Assembly (NCBI GenBank): GCA_025459365.1
Contig: JALOQR010000001.1
Span: forward strand, 11-64,010
Reading direction: 5' to 3'
Length of the DNA stretch: 64,000 nt
DNA from: Fimbriiglobus sp.
GTDB taxonomy: Bacteria > Planctomycetota > Planctomycetia > Gemmatales > Gemmataceae
Every line of letters begins with the position of its first letter. Positions within the stretch are counted from its first letter, which is position 1. The notes under the pieces are model-generated. The model searched no databases. It saw only the letters and a program-made list of their open reading frames with translations, and had not been told where the DNA came from. Shown here piece after piece: positions 55,201 through 63,980 of this stretch. The position numbers and the translations under genes are program-made.

Positions 55201-55962
55201 GGTCGCCAGGATCGCCCGGCCCGGCTCATTCCCGGCCGGTGGCTGAAAGTGCAACCCAGAGCGATTGAACTCCCGACCGAGCCGACGGCCCACGTCGGTC
55301 AGGCTGGCGACCAGCGCCGCACGCCGGCCCGGATCGGACGGCAACGGCGCCGACGACGCCTCGACCACCGCCTCGACCCCGTTGAAGCGAAAGGCGTACA
55401 CACCGACCGCCGTCCCGTGCAGGTACTTCCGCCGCGCTTCGAGGGGAGTATCGGGGTCGTCCCACACGCGATCGGCGGGCAGGTTCAGCCCGTCGGCGAC
55501 CCCCGTGACAACCTGAGCGAGAGACCGCACGGCCGGCTGATCGTTCACCCGTTTCCGCACATCGCGGGCGAAGTACGCCATATCTTCGCGGAACTCATTC
55601 ACCCGCAGGTTGGCCTCGTCGCTCAGGTCGATCGTCTCGTGATCGACGAGCACTTCGCGGCCGGAGTCGAGCAACCGCTGCGAGGTGAACAAGAGCGGGC
55701 CGAGAACGACGAACATGCCGAGCAAGGCGAACTGCACCCACAGCCGCCAGCGATGTGGGCGAAGTAGGCGATCGCGGAAAGTGGCGTTCGGCGGCAGAGG
55801 GGGAAGCACGGCGACGGCCCAGTGCGGACGCGGGATACCGTCAGGATAGGCCCGCCCACCGCCGTCGGTCTCAACATTATCAAGATGATCACCCTGCGCC
55901 CCATACCCCCCCGGCGGGATGGTCCCCGCCGCCGCGCCCCGCCGCCCGTGCGAACGTCCCAT
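52255..55962 (-). CDS. Hybrid sensor histidine kinase with large extracytoplasmic sensor, HAMP, PAS, HisKA, HATPase_c and two receiver domains
   Basis: H-box FVATMSHELRQPLH, N-box LLNLLSNAFKFT, G-boxes DTGRGM and GGTGLGLAI. Two REC domains (VLVVDDDP...TLDVTMPGADG and VLVIDDDP...LLDLMMPVLDG). Start set to the ATG at 55962 to avoid overlapping the divergent gene; the exact start is uncertain. Confidence 0.85.
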   Translation of the reverse strand: MGRSHGRRGAAAGTIPPGGYGAQGDHLDNVETDGGGRAYPDGIPRPHWAVAVLPPLPPNATFRDRLLRPHRWRLWVQFALLGMFVVLGPLLFTSQRLLDSGREVLVDHETIDLSDEANLRVNEFREDMAYFARDVRKRVNDQPAVRSLAQVVTGVADGLNLPADRVWDDPDTPLEARRKYLHGTAVGVYAFRFNGVEAVVEASSAPLPSDPGRRAALVASLTDVGRRLGREFNRSGLHFQPPAGNEPGRAILATSERRGDHIVAVVLDFTRYVNNRQRISPRHYYIVTDPAGRVLVHPTKAADPARTLPEVVQWKYPSFEGRGWFDTTLEPEAKWRRMAQAVQSGGARLTAVPAAELACLYRKGYFSRTLREALGEEKAAAAALRLNQRMWEAMAADPKLRVGEASPAFGYVEVSHPTPDGLKAACEVVGAWWRAETGDPRAAVRWSTPLECQTYQGQLTPLRVDLNDVDDPGWLAVAASTEELRQDIDERFHDVFLRWVVPGLLVSGVLGIALVMTLTYSVNRLARAASRLDTDDPNPKPLPLGGPYEVGELARTLQSLVGHVQDRDRQLRDRAARYETILRAAGEGVLVTSSGGVIEEANKAAGRMFGTTPEGLIGRAVTSLLRNPNDLPAAQESDTVAGAASGSRTLEAVQGMRPDGSDFWLEMNLKPVPLRDRVVMVCVLRDITQRREAEDRIRKLNEDLDTRVKQRTAELEEANAKLEVALRQAEAAVRAKDTFVATMSHELRQPLHIIIGFTEALKEEAADLGAEAIEPDLNKILSAAKHLLDLINDILDMAKISAGKMELSIGTIPLVELVGDVKTLVGPLAAKNANEFVVDAPPDLGQMTADGRRVRQMLLNLLSNAFKFTQAGRVDLRVRRFTESGRDWVRFTVSDTGRGMTPEQVGRLFQRFYQADSGTTRGAGGTGLGLAITQSFNDLMGGQPIRVTSQEGVGTEFVVTLPAVVEAVAQTRPPSPPPAALPAADTPPPQPADGRTVLVVDDDPMVRELMQRFLGKEGFRVLLAGTGDDGLKLARDERPCLITLDVTMPGADGWTVLGQLKGDPATADIPVVMLTIVDDRGRGFALGATEYLTKPIDWQRLGAILRRYLVGRSDGVLVIDDDPQNREIIRRHLEKEGWAIREATNGEQGLAAFDEHKPGLVLLDLMMPVLDGFGFLDELNRRYPGHRVPVVVLTAKELTSADFDRLNGRVARILEKGDLNHLDALLELIRRTAKR

Positions 55963-56152
55963 GCCGGCCAACGACTTGCGGCGAATCCCCGGAATCCGTG
56001 TCCAGTTCCGGCCGCGGACGGCAATTGGAAGGTACGCCCACTCCGGCCGCAGGCCGACGCGCGCACGTCCCCGTGAGCGCACGCCCAGTCTCCGGTTAAA
56101 ATCGTGCGCACGGCAAACAATTCGCTTGACACGATCGAATCCCGTCGGTCTA

Positions 56153-58261
56153 ATGTTCGACGGTAGCACGACCGTCGGCCACCGGATCCACTTCCCCCCA
56201 CGGGCACGGAACCACGACCATGAGCCTCAAAATTCGCCCCCCCATCGGACATTCGGCCGTTTGAGCCTGGAGCAGTTGGAGGCCCGCGAGGTGCCGGCCT
56301 TCTTCGCCGTCGGGTTGCTCAGCCCGGCCACCGGGGATGCGGGCGACAGTGCCGCCACCTTCACTGGCGGCATCGCCCTCAACCCGGCCCTCCCGACGCA
56401 CAACGACCGGGTGATCGTCGACGCCCCGAGCGCGACCGCCGCCATTCATGCCGCCCTGGTGAACACCGTCACCGCCACCGTCGGCGGGCAGTCGGTCGGG
56501 TACACCCCCGACGACGCCACCGTCGGCACCTCCCCCACCACCCACCGGCCGTTCATCATCACCCCCGGCACCGCCGCCGGGCAGTTCGTGCTGCGGCTGG
56601 AAGACCTGGCCGGCATGCCCGGCCAGACGCCCGACTGGGACTACAACGACCGCACCTGGGGGGTCGCCGTCGACCCGCTCTTCGACCCGCTGGTCGTCGC
56701 CCCGCCGAACCCGCCGGCCACCGGGGCCGATCCGGTCGACCCCGGCGCGGTGACGGTCGTCCCCGTCGACCCGGCCGCCCCGCCGGTGCCGCCGGTGCCC
56801 GCCACCCCGTCGCAGCCGGGGCCGTACCTGCCCCCGCCGACCGACCCGCCGCCGCCCACCGGCACCGTCCACGGGTGGGCGTGGAACGACGCGAACGCCG
56901 ACGGGGTGATGCAGTCGACCGAGGGGAAACTGAACGCGGTGGGGGTGTGGCTGTACGCGGCGGCGGGCGGGAGTTACGTCGCCCAGACGTGGACGAACGA
57001 CGCCGGCGAGTACCAGTTCACCGGCGTCGGGTTGGGCGACTACCGGGTGACGTTCAAGGCCCCGGCGCCGGCCGCGTTCACCCTCTACCGCCAAGGAACC
57101 AACCCGCAACTCGACAGCGACGTGGTGACGGCCACGACGAGCGGGTACGGGAACACCCCGGCGGTGAGCGTCACCGCCGCCAACCTGACACTGTGGGACA
57201 TCTCCGCCGGCTTCATCCTTGGAGCCGACCCGAAGCCGACGACGATCAAACTCTCCGTCGCCGGGCTGGACGACAAGGACAAGGGGAAAGCCCCCGGGAA
57301 GAAGGCCCACATCAACGACAACTTCGACGAGGGGCAGAAGACGATGCAGGCTTTGGTGAGCGACAACCTGCCCGACCCCGGCACCGGCGAACACCAGATC
57401 AAGGCCGGCGACCCCGACCTCGTGCCGGCCACCCTGAACATGACGTCGGGGGTGACGGACTGGTGGATGCTCGACTGGACCATCGGCCCCAACGTGAAGG
57501 TGTGGTACAAGGGGTGGGTCGGCCCCAACGCCGGCAAGTGGGTGGAGGCCAACGACATGGAGTTCGGGAAGATCGCCGTGCCCGCGACGATCGACCTCAT
57601 GGTCGAAGGGATGGACGTCGGGGCCGGGACGGTGAAGGTGGAGTTGGTGGTCAAGAAAGGCAATCCCGGGGTGGCCGACGAGGCCGCGTTCACCGTCTAC
57701 ACCGGCCTCCGACTGACCGGCACCAAGGCCGCCGACGCCGTGGGGCAGTTGGAAAACGCCACCGGCTGGACGCTCAACAAGAACGCCGCCGGCGACATCT
57801 GGCGGACCGGCGGGGCGCTGAACCCGGAGCAGTGGCGGAAGGACGCCCAAGCCGCCACGAAGCCGATCTTCGAAAATGAGAAGGTGACCTCCATCGCGGC
57901 CGAGAACAAGAAGGAGATTCAGATCGGTAATTGGGACCTGAAGGCACTTGACCCCAACGACATCTCGGTGTTCTACACCGCCGACGAGCGATGGGGGGCG
58001 GGTGCGATCACCCACGAGATTGTCGAGCAGTACCACGGCCAAGTGCTGGGTAAGAATTACAACCAGGCACACGCGGCTGCGATCGTCGTGGAGTCCAAGA
58101 TCGTCGCCGGCGGCGGCACTCGGACGGACACTCCCAAGCGGATTCCTGGCACAAACAAGATCGAGCTGACGCTAGAATTTCAAAACGGCATCATCGCCAC
58201 CCTGGTGCTCGACCTTGATCGCGCCGTCAACCCGACGAACGTAAACTTCCGTCGCCCCTGA
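56153..58261 (+). CDS. Surface/adhesin-like protein with N-terminal LSLEQLEAREVPA motif, DUF4114-like and SdrD-B-like domains
   Basis: RLEDLAGMPGQTPDWDYNDRTWGV fits the DUF4114 ..EDL....D.DYND signature. HGWAWNDANADGVMQSTEGKLNAVGVWLY...WTNDAGEYQFTGVGLGDYRV fits the SdrD B-like fold. A Pro-rich linker follows; about 430 C-terminal aa are unassigned. The start is uncertain (see findings). Confidence 0.7.
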   Translation: MFDGSTTVGHRIHFPPRARNHDHEPQNSPPHRTFGRLSLEQLEAREVPAFFAVGLLSPATGDAGDSAATFTGGIALNPALPTHNDRVIVDAPSATAAIHAALVNTVTATVGGQSVGYTPDDATVGTSPTTHRPFIITPGTAAGQFVLRLEDLAGMPGQTPDWDYNDRTWGVAVDPLFDPLVVAPPNPPATGADPVDPGAVTVVPVDPAAPPVPPVPATPSQPGPYLPPPTDPPPPTGTVHGWAWNDANADGVMQSTEGKLNAVGVWLYAAAGGSYVAQTWTNDAGEYQFTGVGLGDYRVTFKAPAPAAFTLYRQGTNPQLDSDVVTATTSGYGNTPAVSVTAANLTLWDISAGFILGADPKPTTIKLSVAGLDDKDKGKAPGKKAHINDNFDEGQKTMQALVSDNLPDPGTGEHQIKAGDPDLVPATLNMTSGVTDWWMLDWTIGPNVKVWYKGWVGPNAGKWVEANDMEFGKIAVPATIDLMVEGMDVGAGTVKVELVVKKGNPGVADEAAFTVYTGLRLTGTKAADAVGQLENATGWTLNKNAAGDIWRTGGALNPEQWRKDAQAATKPIFENEKVTSIAAENKKEIQIGNWDLKALDPNDISVFYTADERWGAGAITHEIVEQYHGQVLGKNYNQAHAAAIVVESKIVAGGGTRTDTPKRIPGTNKIELTLEFQNGIIATLVLDLDRAVNPTNVNFRRP

Positions 58262-58298
58262 CCCCCCGCACGCGGCGAACGTCGCCCGGAGATCAACC

Positions 58299-58820
58299 AT
58301 GCTCAGCTTCAGTTTCGTCCTCGCGCTGGCCCACCCCGCCCTGGCACTCGCGGAGGGGCCGATCGTGCGGGAGTTGGTGAAGACCTACCTCGCGGCCGAG
58401 AAGTATCCGGCCGTGTCCAAAACCGTCAAGGCGTGGGAGCGCCTGCCGAAGGGCGATCAGTTGCGGCTCGCCGAACTGCTGGTGCCGTCTCTCACCGACT
58501 GCGGGCGGGTATCGCTCAAGGACCCCGAGGACATGATTATCCTGTACCGGCTGGAGACGGGGGATCTACAGTATCAAGGACACGGGTTTGCGGTGAAACA
58601 GGACCTGTTCACCGTCGGTGGCCGGGCAGCGTGGGCGATCGAGAAGCTGCTCGGTGACGAGATGCCCGAGCTGAACGGCGGGTTGACGGGCGACGAGTGG
58701 GCCAGGCGGGCGGCCGACATCGCCAAGCGGGTGAAGGAGGCCGTCGAGCTGTTCGTTCCCGCGCCCGACGCCCCGGCGGTGAAAGCCAAGCCGCCGGAGA
58801 AGGCGGCGGACAAGAAGTAA
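58299..58820 (+). CDS. Small secreted protein (173 aa)
   Basis: Signal peptide MLSFSFVLALAHPALALA. Helical-looking mature part. 38 nt downstream of the adhesin-like gene. Confidence 0.6.
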   Translation: MLSFSFVLALAHPALALAEGPIVRELVKTYLAAEKYPAVSKTVKAWERLPKGDQLRLAELLVPSLTDCGRVSLKDPEDMIILYRLETGDLQYQGHGFAVKQDLFTVGGRAAWAIEKLLGDEMPELNGGLTGDEWARRAADIAKRVKEAVELFVPAPDAPAVKAKPPEKAADKK

Positions 58821-58850
58821 TCCCACCGACGAGGCGGGGGCGAACCGTAG

Positions 58851-58990
58851 CTGGTGGTGCGATGGTTGCCGCGACCACCGAACACACGTTTGACGCACAA
58901 CCGCCGAGGATGAGGTCGAACCTCCTACGGAGCAAGTAGTTCCGGTGAACGGCTCGGTTTTCCCCGGATGCTACCAGGTTACTCGCATCC
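58851..58990. repeat. Repeat family C, copy 2
   Basis: The core 58914-58984 (ggtcgaacctcctacggagcaagtagttccgg...ccccggatgctaccaggttactc) matches 35255-35325 at 59 of 71 positions. Confidence 0.7.
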
Positions 58991-59193
58991 CTGTCGATGC
59001 GTCGTGTGTGCGACTCCACTCCTCCCAATGACGCCTCACAGAGAATGGGCCACGTCCGCTTGTTGACCTGCCGATTCGGTAACAACGATCCCAGAGGAGG
59101 GTTCTTCGGAACGGTCCTCACTCATTTCACGGCTGGCGTGTGATGCCGGTTCGGGTAAATTGGGTCTGTCTCGTCACCCGGAGGCCGTGCGGC

Positions 59194-60237
59194 ATGACCC
59201 GGATCGCGTTCGCTACCCTGTTCGTCGTCGTTGCGTTCGCCATCGCCCAGCCGCCCGCCCGCCCGCCCGCCCCCAAGCCGTGGGCGAACAAACTCTTCCT
59301 CCCGGACATTCTCAAAGACCCTGGCCGCGAGGCCCCGGCTTATGTGGCGCACGACTTCGGCAGCGTGCCGGCGGGTACCGTCTCGACTCACACGTTCACC
59401 TTCACCAACATCTACGATGTGCCGCTTCAGGTGGTGGATGTGCGGCTGGAGTGCGGTTGTTTGAAGGCATTCCCGCCGAACCGGGTGCTCAAGCCGAACG
59501 AGTCGGCCGAGTTCACCGTCGCCATGAACGCCGCTCAGTTTAAGGGGGCGGTGACGAAAAAGATGCTGGTGACGGTCGGCCCGAGCTTTGTATCGACCGC
59601 CGAGTTGCGGTTTTCGGCGATCAGCCGCGAGGATGTGTCGTTGTCTGCACCGGGGCTGATCGACTTTGGCTTCGTGCCGCAGGGGCGAGCCGCCGAGAAG
59701 TCCGTCACCCTGCGTTACACCGGAAAGGTGAAAGACTGGAAGGTGGAGCCGGCCAACGCTCCAGGTGGGGCATTCACCCTGAATGTGAAGGAGACGAGCC
59801 GCGGGGAAGTGCTGGGCACGACGTACACCGTAACCGTCGGATTGAAGGACACCGCCCCGCCCGGCACCCTGAGCGATGCCGTGGTGCTGAAAACCAACGA
59901 CCCGGATACTCCCTCCGTGTCGGTGGCCATCACGGGGCGGGTGCAACCGCCGGTGCGGGTGGCCGGGGAAGGAGTCGTGGTGTTTCAAGATGTGGCCCCC
60001 GGCCGGGCGCAGGTGGGCAAGGTGCTGGTGTTGGCCGACGCCAAGTGCAAACTGACGGCCGCGGCCGACCAGGGAGATGGTGTGACGCTGGAGTTGTTCC
60101 CGGTGGCTGCCGATCGCCACTTCGTGACCGTTCGGTACGAGCCGAAGCCGGGGGCTGGCCCGCTGCGGAAGGAAGTGCGGTTGCAGACCGACCTGCCCGG
60201 CCAACCCGAGGTGAACTTCATCGTCGAGGTGCGGTAA
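59194..60237 (+). CDS. DUF1573 domain-containing protein (347 aa, several Ig-like modules)
   Basis: Signal peptide, then HDFGSVPAGTVSTHTFTFTNIYDVPLQVVDVRLECGCL, the DUF1573 hallmark (HDFG.V..G......F...N....PL.I..V...CGC). Confidence 0.8.
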   Translation: MTRIAFATLFVVVAFAIAQPPARPPAPKPWANKLFLPDILKDPGREAPAYVAHDFGSVPAGTVSTHTFTFTNIYDVPLQVVDVRLECGCLKAFPPNRVLKPNESAEFTVAMNAAQFKGAVTKKMLVTVGPSFVSTAELRFSAISREDVSLSAPGLIDFGFVPQGRAAEKSVTLRYTGKVKDWKVEPANAPGGAFTLNVKETSRGEVLGTTYTVTVGLKDTAPPGTLSDAVVLKTNDPDTPSVSVAITGRVQPPVRVAGEGVVVFQDVAPGRAQVGKVLVLADAKCKLTAAADQGDGVTLELFPVAADRHFVTVRYEPKPGAGPLRKEVRLQTDLPGQPEVNFIVEVR

Positions 60238-60327
60238 GCAGGTGAGCGAGCGGCGCGGTGCGGATGGCCGGTGAAGCCTCACCGGTGGAATCCTCACCGC
60301 GCCGCTCGCCGTTCCGGAGTTTCACTC

Positions 60328-61437
60328 ATGCCCGTGTCGGTGACTTGCCCATACTGCCGATCGGTGTTCACCCTCGCTGAGGTGCCTGCCGCCCGTCGTG
60401 CCCCTTGCCCGCACTGCGGCGAGAGCGCACCTGTAACCGACGCCGCCCCACCCACCGACGCCCCCGCCCCAACTGCCGATGCCCCTCCGCCCCCACCGCC
60501 GTTCGGGCTGGTCTTCCTGTCTCTTGGCCTTACTGCTGTCATCGTCGCGGGGTTCGCCCTCTGGTTCTATTTCCGCTCGGCTCCGCCGGTGGTCCCGCCG
60601 GCCCCACCGTTGCCACCGGTCACACTCCCTCCGCGGGCGGTCGGCGGGCTGAAGTACATCCCGAAGGATTCTCAGGTAGTGGCAGTGATGCAACCGGCGG
60701 CACTGGAGGAGTACACCCGCAGCAAGGGCCGCACCGCCGACGCCCTACTCACCGACTTCGGCCTCCCGGCCGACTTATTCGCCCAGTTCCGCGAAGCAGG
60801 CCTGCCGCCCTCGGCCATCCAGGCCATCACTCTCGGGGTGAACATCGACGACCTCAAACTGGTGCTGGTGCTCGGGCTGCGTGAGAGGCCGACGGACGAA
60901 GCGAGGTTTCGCGACAAGCTCAAGGCCCAGGGCCGCGACCCGGTGAGCGTCGAACTCGGCGGGGTGCCGTTTGTCATGGCCGAGCCGAACGAAAAAACAC
61001 TTGTGTTCGCCCTGAACGCCAAGCACCTGGCGCCCACACCCAGCGCCGGGTACGACGACCTCCGCCCGGCGGTGCGAGAGTCGATCGACAAGCTCAGTCC
61101 GTCGGCCCTGGGGTGGGTAGCGACCGATGTCAAGGACTGGGCGAAGCTGCCGCAACTGAAACTCCTCGGCGATCGGGTGCCGCCGGAGTGGGTGAAGCGG
61201 CTGGACGGGGTGAAAGCAGCCGCGGTGGGGCTGTCGCTCGAACCCGAATTGTGTCTGGGGGTGTCGGTGCGGATGAACGACTCCACGGTGGCCCGCGAAA
61301 CAGCCGACGCGATGCGGGGGCGTCTGGGTGAGGTGAATGGGACGGTGGTGCCGAACGGTGAGTGGGCCGATGGCAACGTGCTGCTGGAACCGCCGGCCGA
61401 GAAACTGCCCAAGCTGAAGGCGGCCTTGAAGCAGTGA
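60328..61437 (+). CDS. Zinc-ribbon membrane protein (369 aa)
   Basis: CPYC...CPHC at the N-terminus, Pro-rich linker, TM helix FGLVFLSLGLTAVIVAGFALWFYF, then a 270-aa extracytoplasmic domain of unknown family. Confidence 0.6.
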   Translation: MPVSVTCPYCRSVFTLAEVPAARRAPCPHCGESAPVTDAAPPTDAPAPTADAPPPPPPFGLVFLSLGLTAVIVAGFALWFYFRSAPPVVPPAPPLPPVTLPPRAVGGLKYIPKDSQVVAVMQPAALEEYTRSKGRTADALLTDFGLPADLFAQFREAGLPPSAIQAITLGVNIDDLKLVLVLGLRERPTDEARFRDKLKAQGRDPVSVELGGVPFVMAEPNEKTLVFALNAKHLAPTPSAGYDDLRPAVRESIDKLSPSALGWVATDVKDWAKLPQLKLLGDRVPPEWVKRLDGVKAAAVGLSLEPELCLGVSVRMNDSTVARETADAMRGRLGEVNGTVVPNGEWADGNVLLEPPAEKLPKLKAALKQ

Positions 61438-61526
61438 GCCCCTGAAACCGCGACCGGCCGTGAGCGGGTGGGTTGTGGCCCACTCGCTCACGACCAGTCG
61501 CGGTTCCAACGGTTGTGGCCGGCGTC

Positions 61527-63002
61527 TTACCCCAGCAGTGCCGTCACCGGTTCGCCCTTCACCAGTTCGCGAGGCTGGTTCAGGTGGTTGTACACGATGG
61601 TGTCGGGCTTGATGCCGACCGCGTGGTACAGGGTGGCGAGCAACTCGGTCGGGTGGACTGCCCCTTCCAGCGGGGCCGACCCCGTTTTGTCGCTCTTGCC
61701 GTGGACGTACCCCTTCTTCACCCCGCCGCCGGCGATCACCGCCGAGTAGCAGTAGGGCCAGTGGTCGCGGCCGTCGTCCGAGTTTTGGTTGCCACTGGTG
61801 CTGACCCCCCGCCGCGGGCTGCGGCCGAATTCGCCCACGGCGATCACGAGCGTGTCGTCGAGCATGCCGCGGTCGCTCAGGTCCGAAATCAGCGCCGAGA
61901 GACCCTTGTCGAGCATCGGGGCCGCCTGGTCCTTCATCCGCTTGCTCAGCCCGGTGTGAACGTCCCACGAGTGGTTGTCGGAGTTCGCTACCTTCGGCCA
62001 GTTCACTTCCACAAACCGGGTGCCGGCCTCGACCAAGCGGCGGGCGAGCAGGCAGCACTGGCCGAACGTGTTCTTGCCGTACTTTTCCCGCAGTTTGTCG
62101 TCTTCCTTTTTCAGGTCGAATGCCTCCTTCGCTCGCCCGCTCAGCACCAACCCGAGGGCCTTGCCGTAGTAGGAGTCGAGGTCGTATTTGCTCACCGCCG
62201 CGTCGATGTCGGTCATCCCTTTGGCCACGGTTTCGCGGAGGGTCGCGCGGCGTTCCATGCGGGAGGCACTCAATTCGTCGCGCAGCAGGAGGTCATCCAC
62301 CTTGATGCGGTCCATCTTCGCCATGTCCATGTCGTCGCCGGTCGGGTAGAGGAGGTATGGGTCGTAGGCCTTACCCAGGAACCCGGCGGTGCCCCCCTTG
62401 CCGACCACGTTGCTCTCCTGCAGCGGGCGGGGCATCATGACGAACGGCAGCATCGGCACTTCGGGCGGCTTGAACTTCACCACGTTCGAGCCGACGGTGG
62501 GGAAGTCTTTGGCGTTCGGCGGTTCGAGTTGGCCCGACGCCGACACCTTGTCGGTCGTGTACCCAGTGTGCATCTGGTAGATGGCGGCGGTATGGTTGAA
62601 CAGGCCGTTCGGGGTGTAGCTCATCGTGCGGATGAGGGTGGCCTTATCCATCACGTTGGCCAGGTTCGGCAGCAACTCGGTGAACTGCAGACCGGGCACC
62701 TTGGTCGGGATCGGCTTGAAGATGCTCTTGTTCGCCGCCGGCACGTCGTCCTTCGGGTCGAACAGGTCGAGGTGGCTCGGCCCGCCTTGCAGGTACAGCA
62801 GGATCACGCTCTTTGCCTTGCCGAACCCCTTCCCCTCGGAGGTGGTACCTTCCTTCGGGCTGTTCGCCCGGGCGGCACTTTGCAAGGCGAACAGTTGAGC
62901 CAGGCTGAGGCCGAACACGGCCGATCCGCCAATCCGCATCAGATCGCGGCGGGTGACGCCGTCGCAGGTGTCCTTCGACTCGAAACCGGGGATGGCGAGC
63001 AT
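61527..63002 (-). CDS. DUF1501 domain-containing protein (sulfatase-fold, Tat-exported)
   Basis: Tat motif [28 protein letters not shown], and the C-terminal GRDHW hallmark. Start trimmed to the ATG at 63002. Confidence 0.9.
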   Translation of the reverse strand: MLAIPGFESKDTCDGVTRRDLMRIGGSAVFGLSLAQLFALQSAARANSPKEGTTSEGKGFGKAKSVILLYLQGGPSHLDLFDPKDDVPAANKSIFKPIPTKVPGLQFTELLPNLANVMDKATLIRTMSYTPNGLFNHTAAIYQMHTGYTTDKVSASGQLEPPNAKDFPTVGSNVVKFKPPEVPMLPFVMMPRPLQESNVVGKGGTAGFLGKAYDPYLLYPTGDDMDMAKMDRIKVDDLLLRDELSASRMERRATLRETVAKGMTDIDAAVSKYDLDSYYGKALGLVLSGRAKEAFDLKKEDDKLREKYGKNTFGQCCLLARRLVEAGTRFVEVNWPKVANSDNHSWDVHTGLSKRMKDQAAPMLDKGLSALISDLSDRGMLDDTLVIAVGEFGRSPRRGVSTSGNQNSDDGRDHWPYCYSAVIAGGGVKKGYVHGKSDKTGSAPLEGAVHPTELLATLYHAVGIKPDTIVYNHLNQPRELVKGEPVTALLG

Positions 63003-63505
63003 ATCAGACCGCTCCGGAGATGGACGTGGGGAAGGCAGGCGGGGGCCAACACAAGCAGTCATAGGAACTTAACCGGGCGGAGGAGGCGGTGCAACCGATT
63101 TCCAGAACCCACGGGAGCATTGTGTTCGGCCTGGCGTGAGCGTATCCACGATCCGTCACCAGTGGCCGCAAATGCGGGGTGGGGAAAAGCTGTCGGCAAG
63201 TGGCTTTCAAAGAATCTTGAAACATTCCGCTCGCTTTTTCCGGACGGGCTGTTATCATCCTTTCACGGCTGGGGCCAGAGACCCCGACCGCGACGAACGA
63301 AAGCGTCCCCTCTCACCGACTGTTCCCGCCTCGCCGCCTCCGAGTTCACCTCCGAGACCGTATCGCGACCGTGGAAACGTCTGACCGAGGAGCCGAAGCC
63401 GAAGCCCGTGGGTAGTGGACCTGCGGCGCGGTTCGTTCGTCCGCCCCCCGGCACCGGCCGGGGGCGGCACTCGCACGCGGTCAGACCGTGACCGCCAGGT
63501 GATTC

Positions 63506-63904
<399 letters not shown>

Positions 63905-63913
63905 CTCGAAACG

Positions 63914-63980
63914 TAGGGGCACCCCTTGTGGGTGCCCTTCGCCGTTCAGGGGCACCCCTTGTGGGTGCCCCTACTTTTTT
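63914..63980 (+). terminator. Tandem hairpins; the second is a canonical intrinsic terminator with a T6 run
   Basis: aggggcaccc / cttgt / gggtgcccct (63948-63972) followed by ac-tttttt. A near-identical hairpin lies at 63915-63939. Confidence 0.8.

Noticed and set aside
58023-58046. Possible zinc-metalloprotease HExxH motif in the adhesin-like protein (THEIVEQYH).
   Set aside because: The sequence is HEIVE, not HExxH, and no downstream third ligand pattern was recognised.
50307-63491. Large antisense ORFs at 50307-52142, 52405-54855, 56150-58072 and 61473-63491.
   Set aside because: Each lies opposite a gene with clear domain signatures (secretin, histidine kinase, adhesin-like protein, DUF1501) and has noise-like composition.
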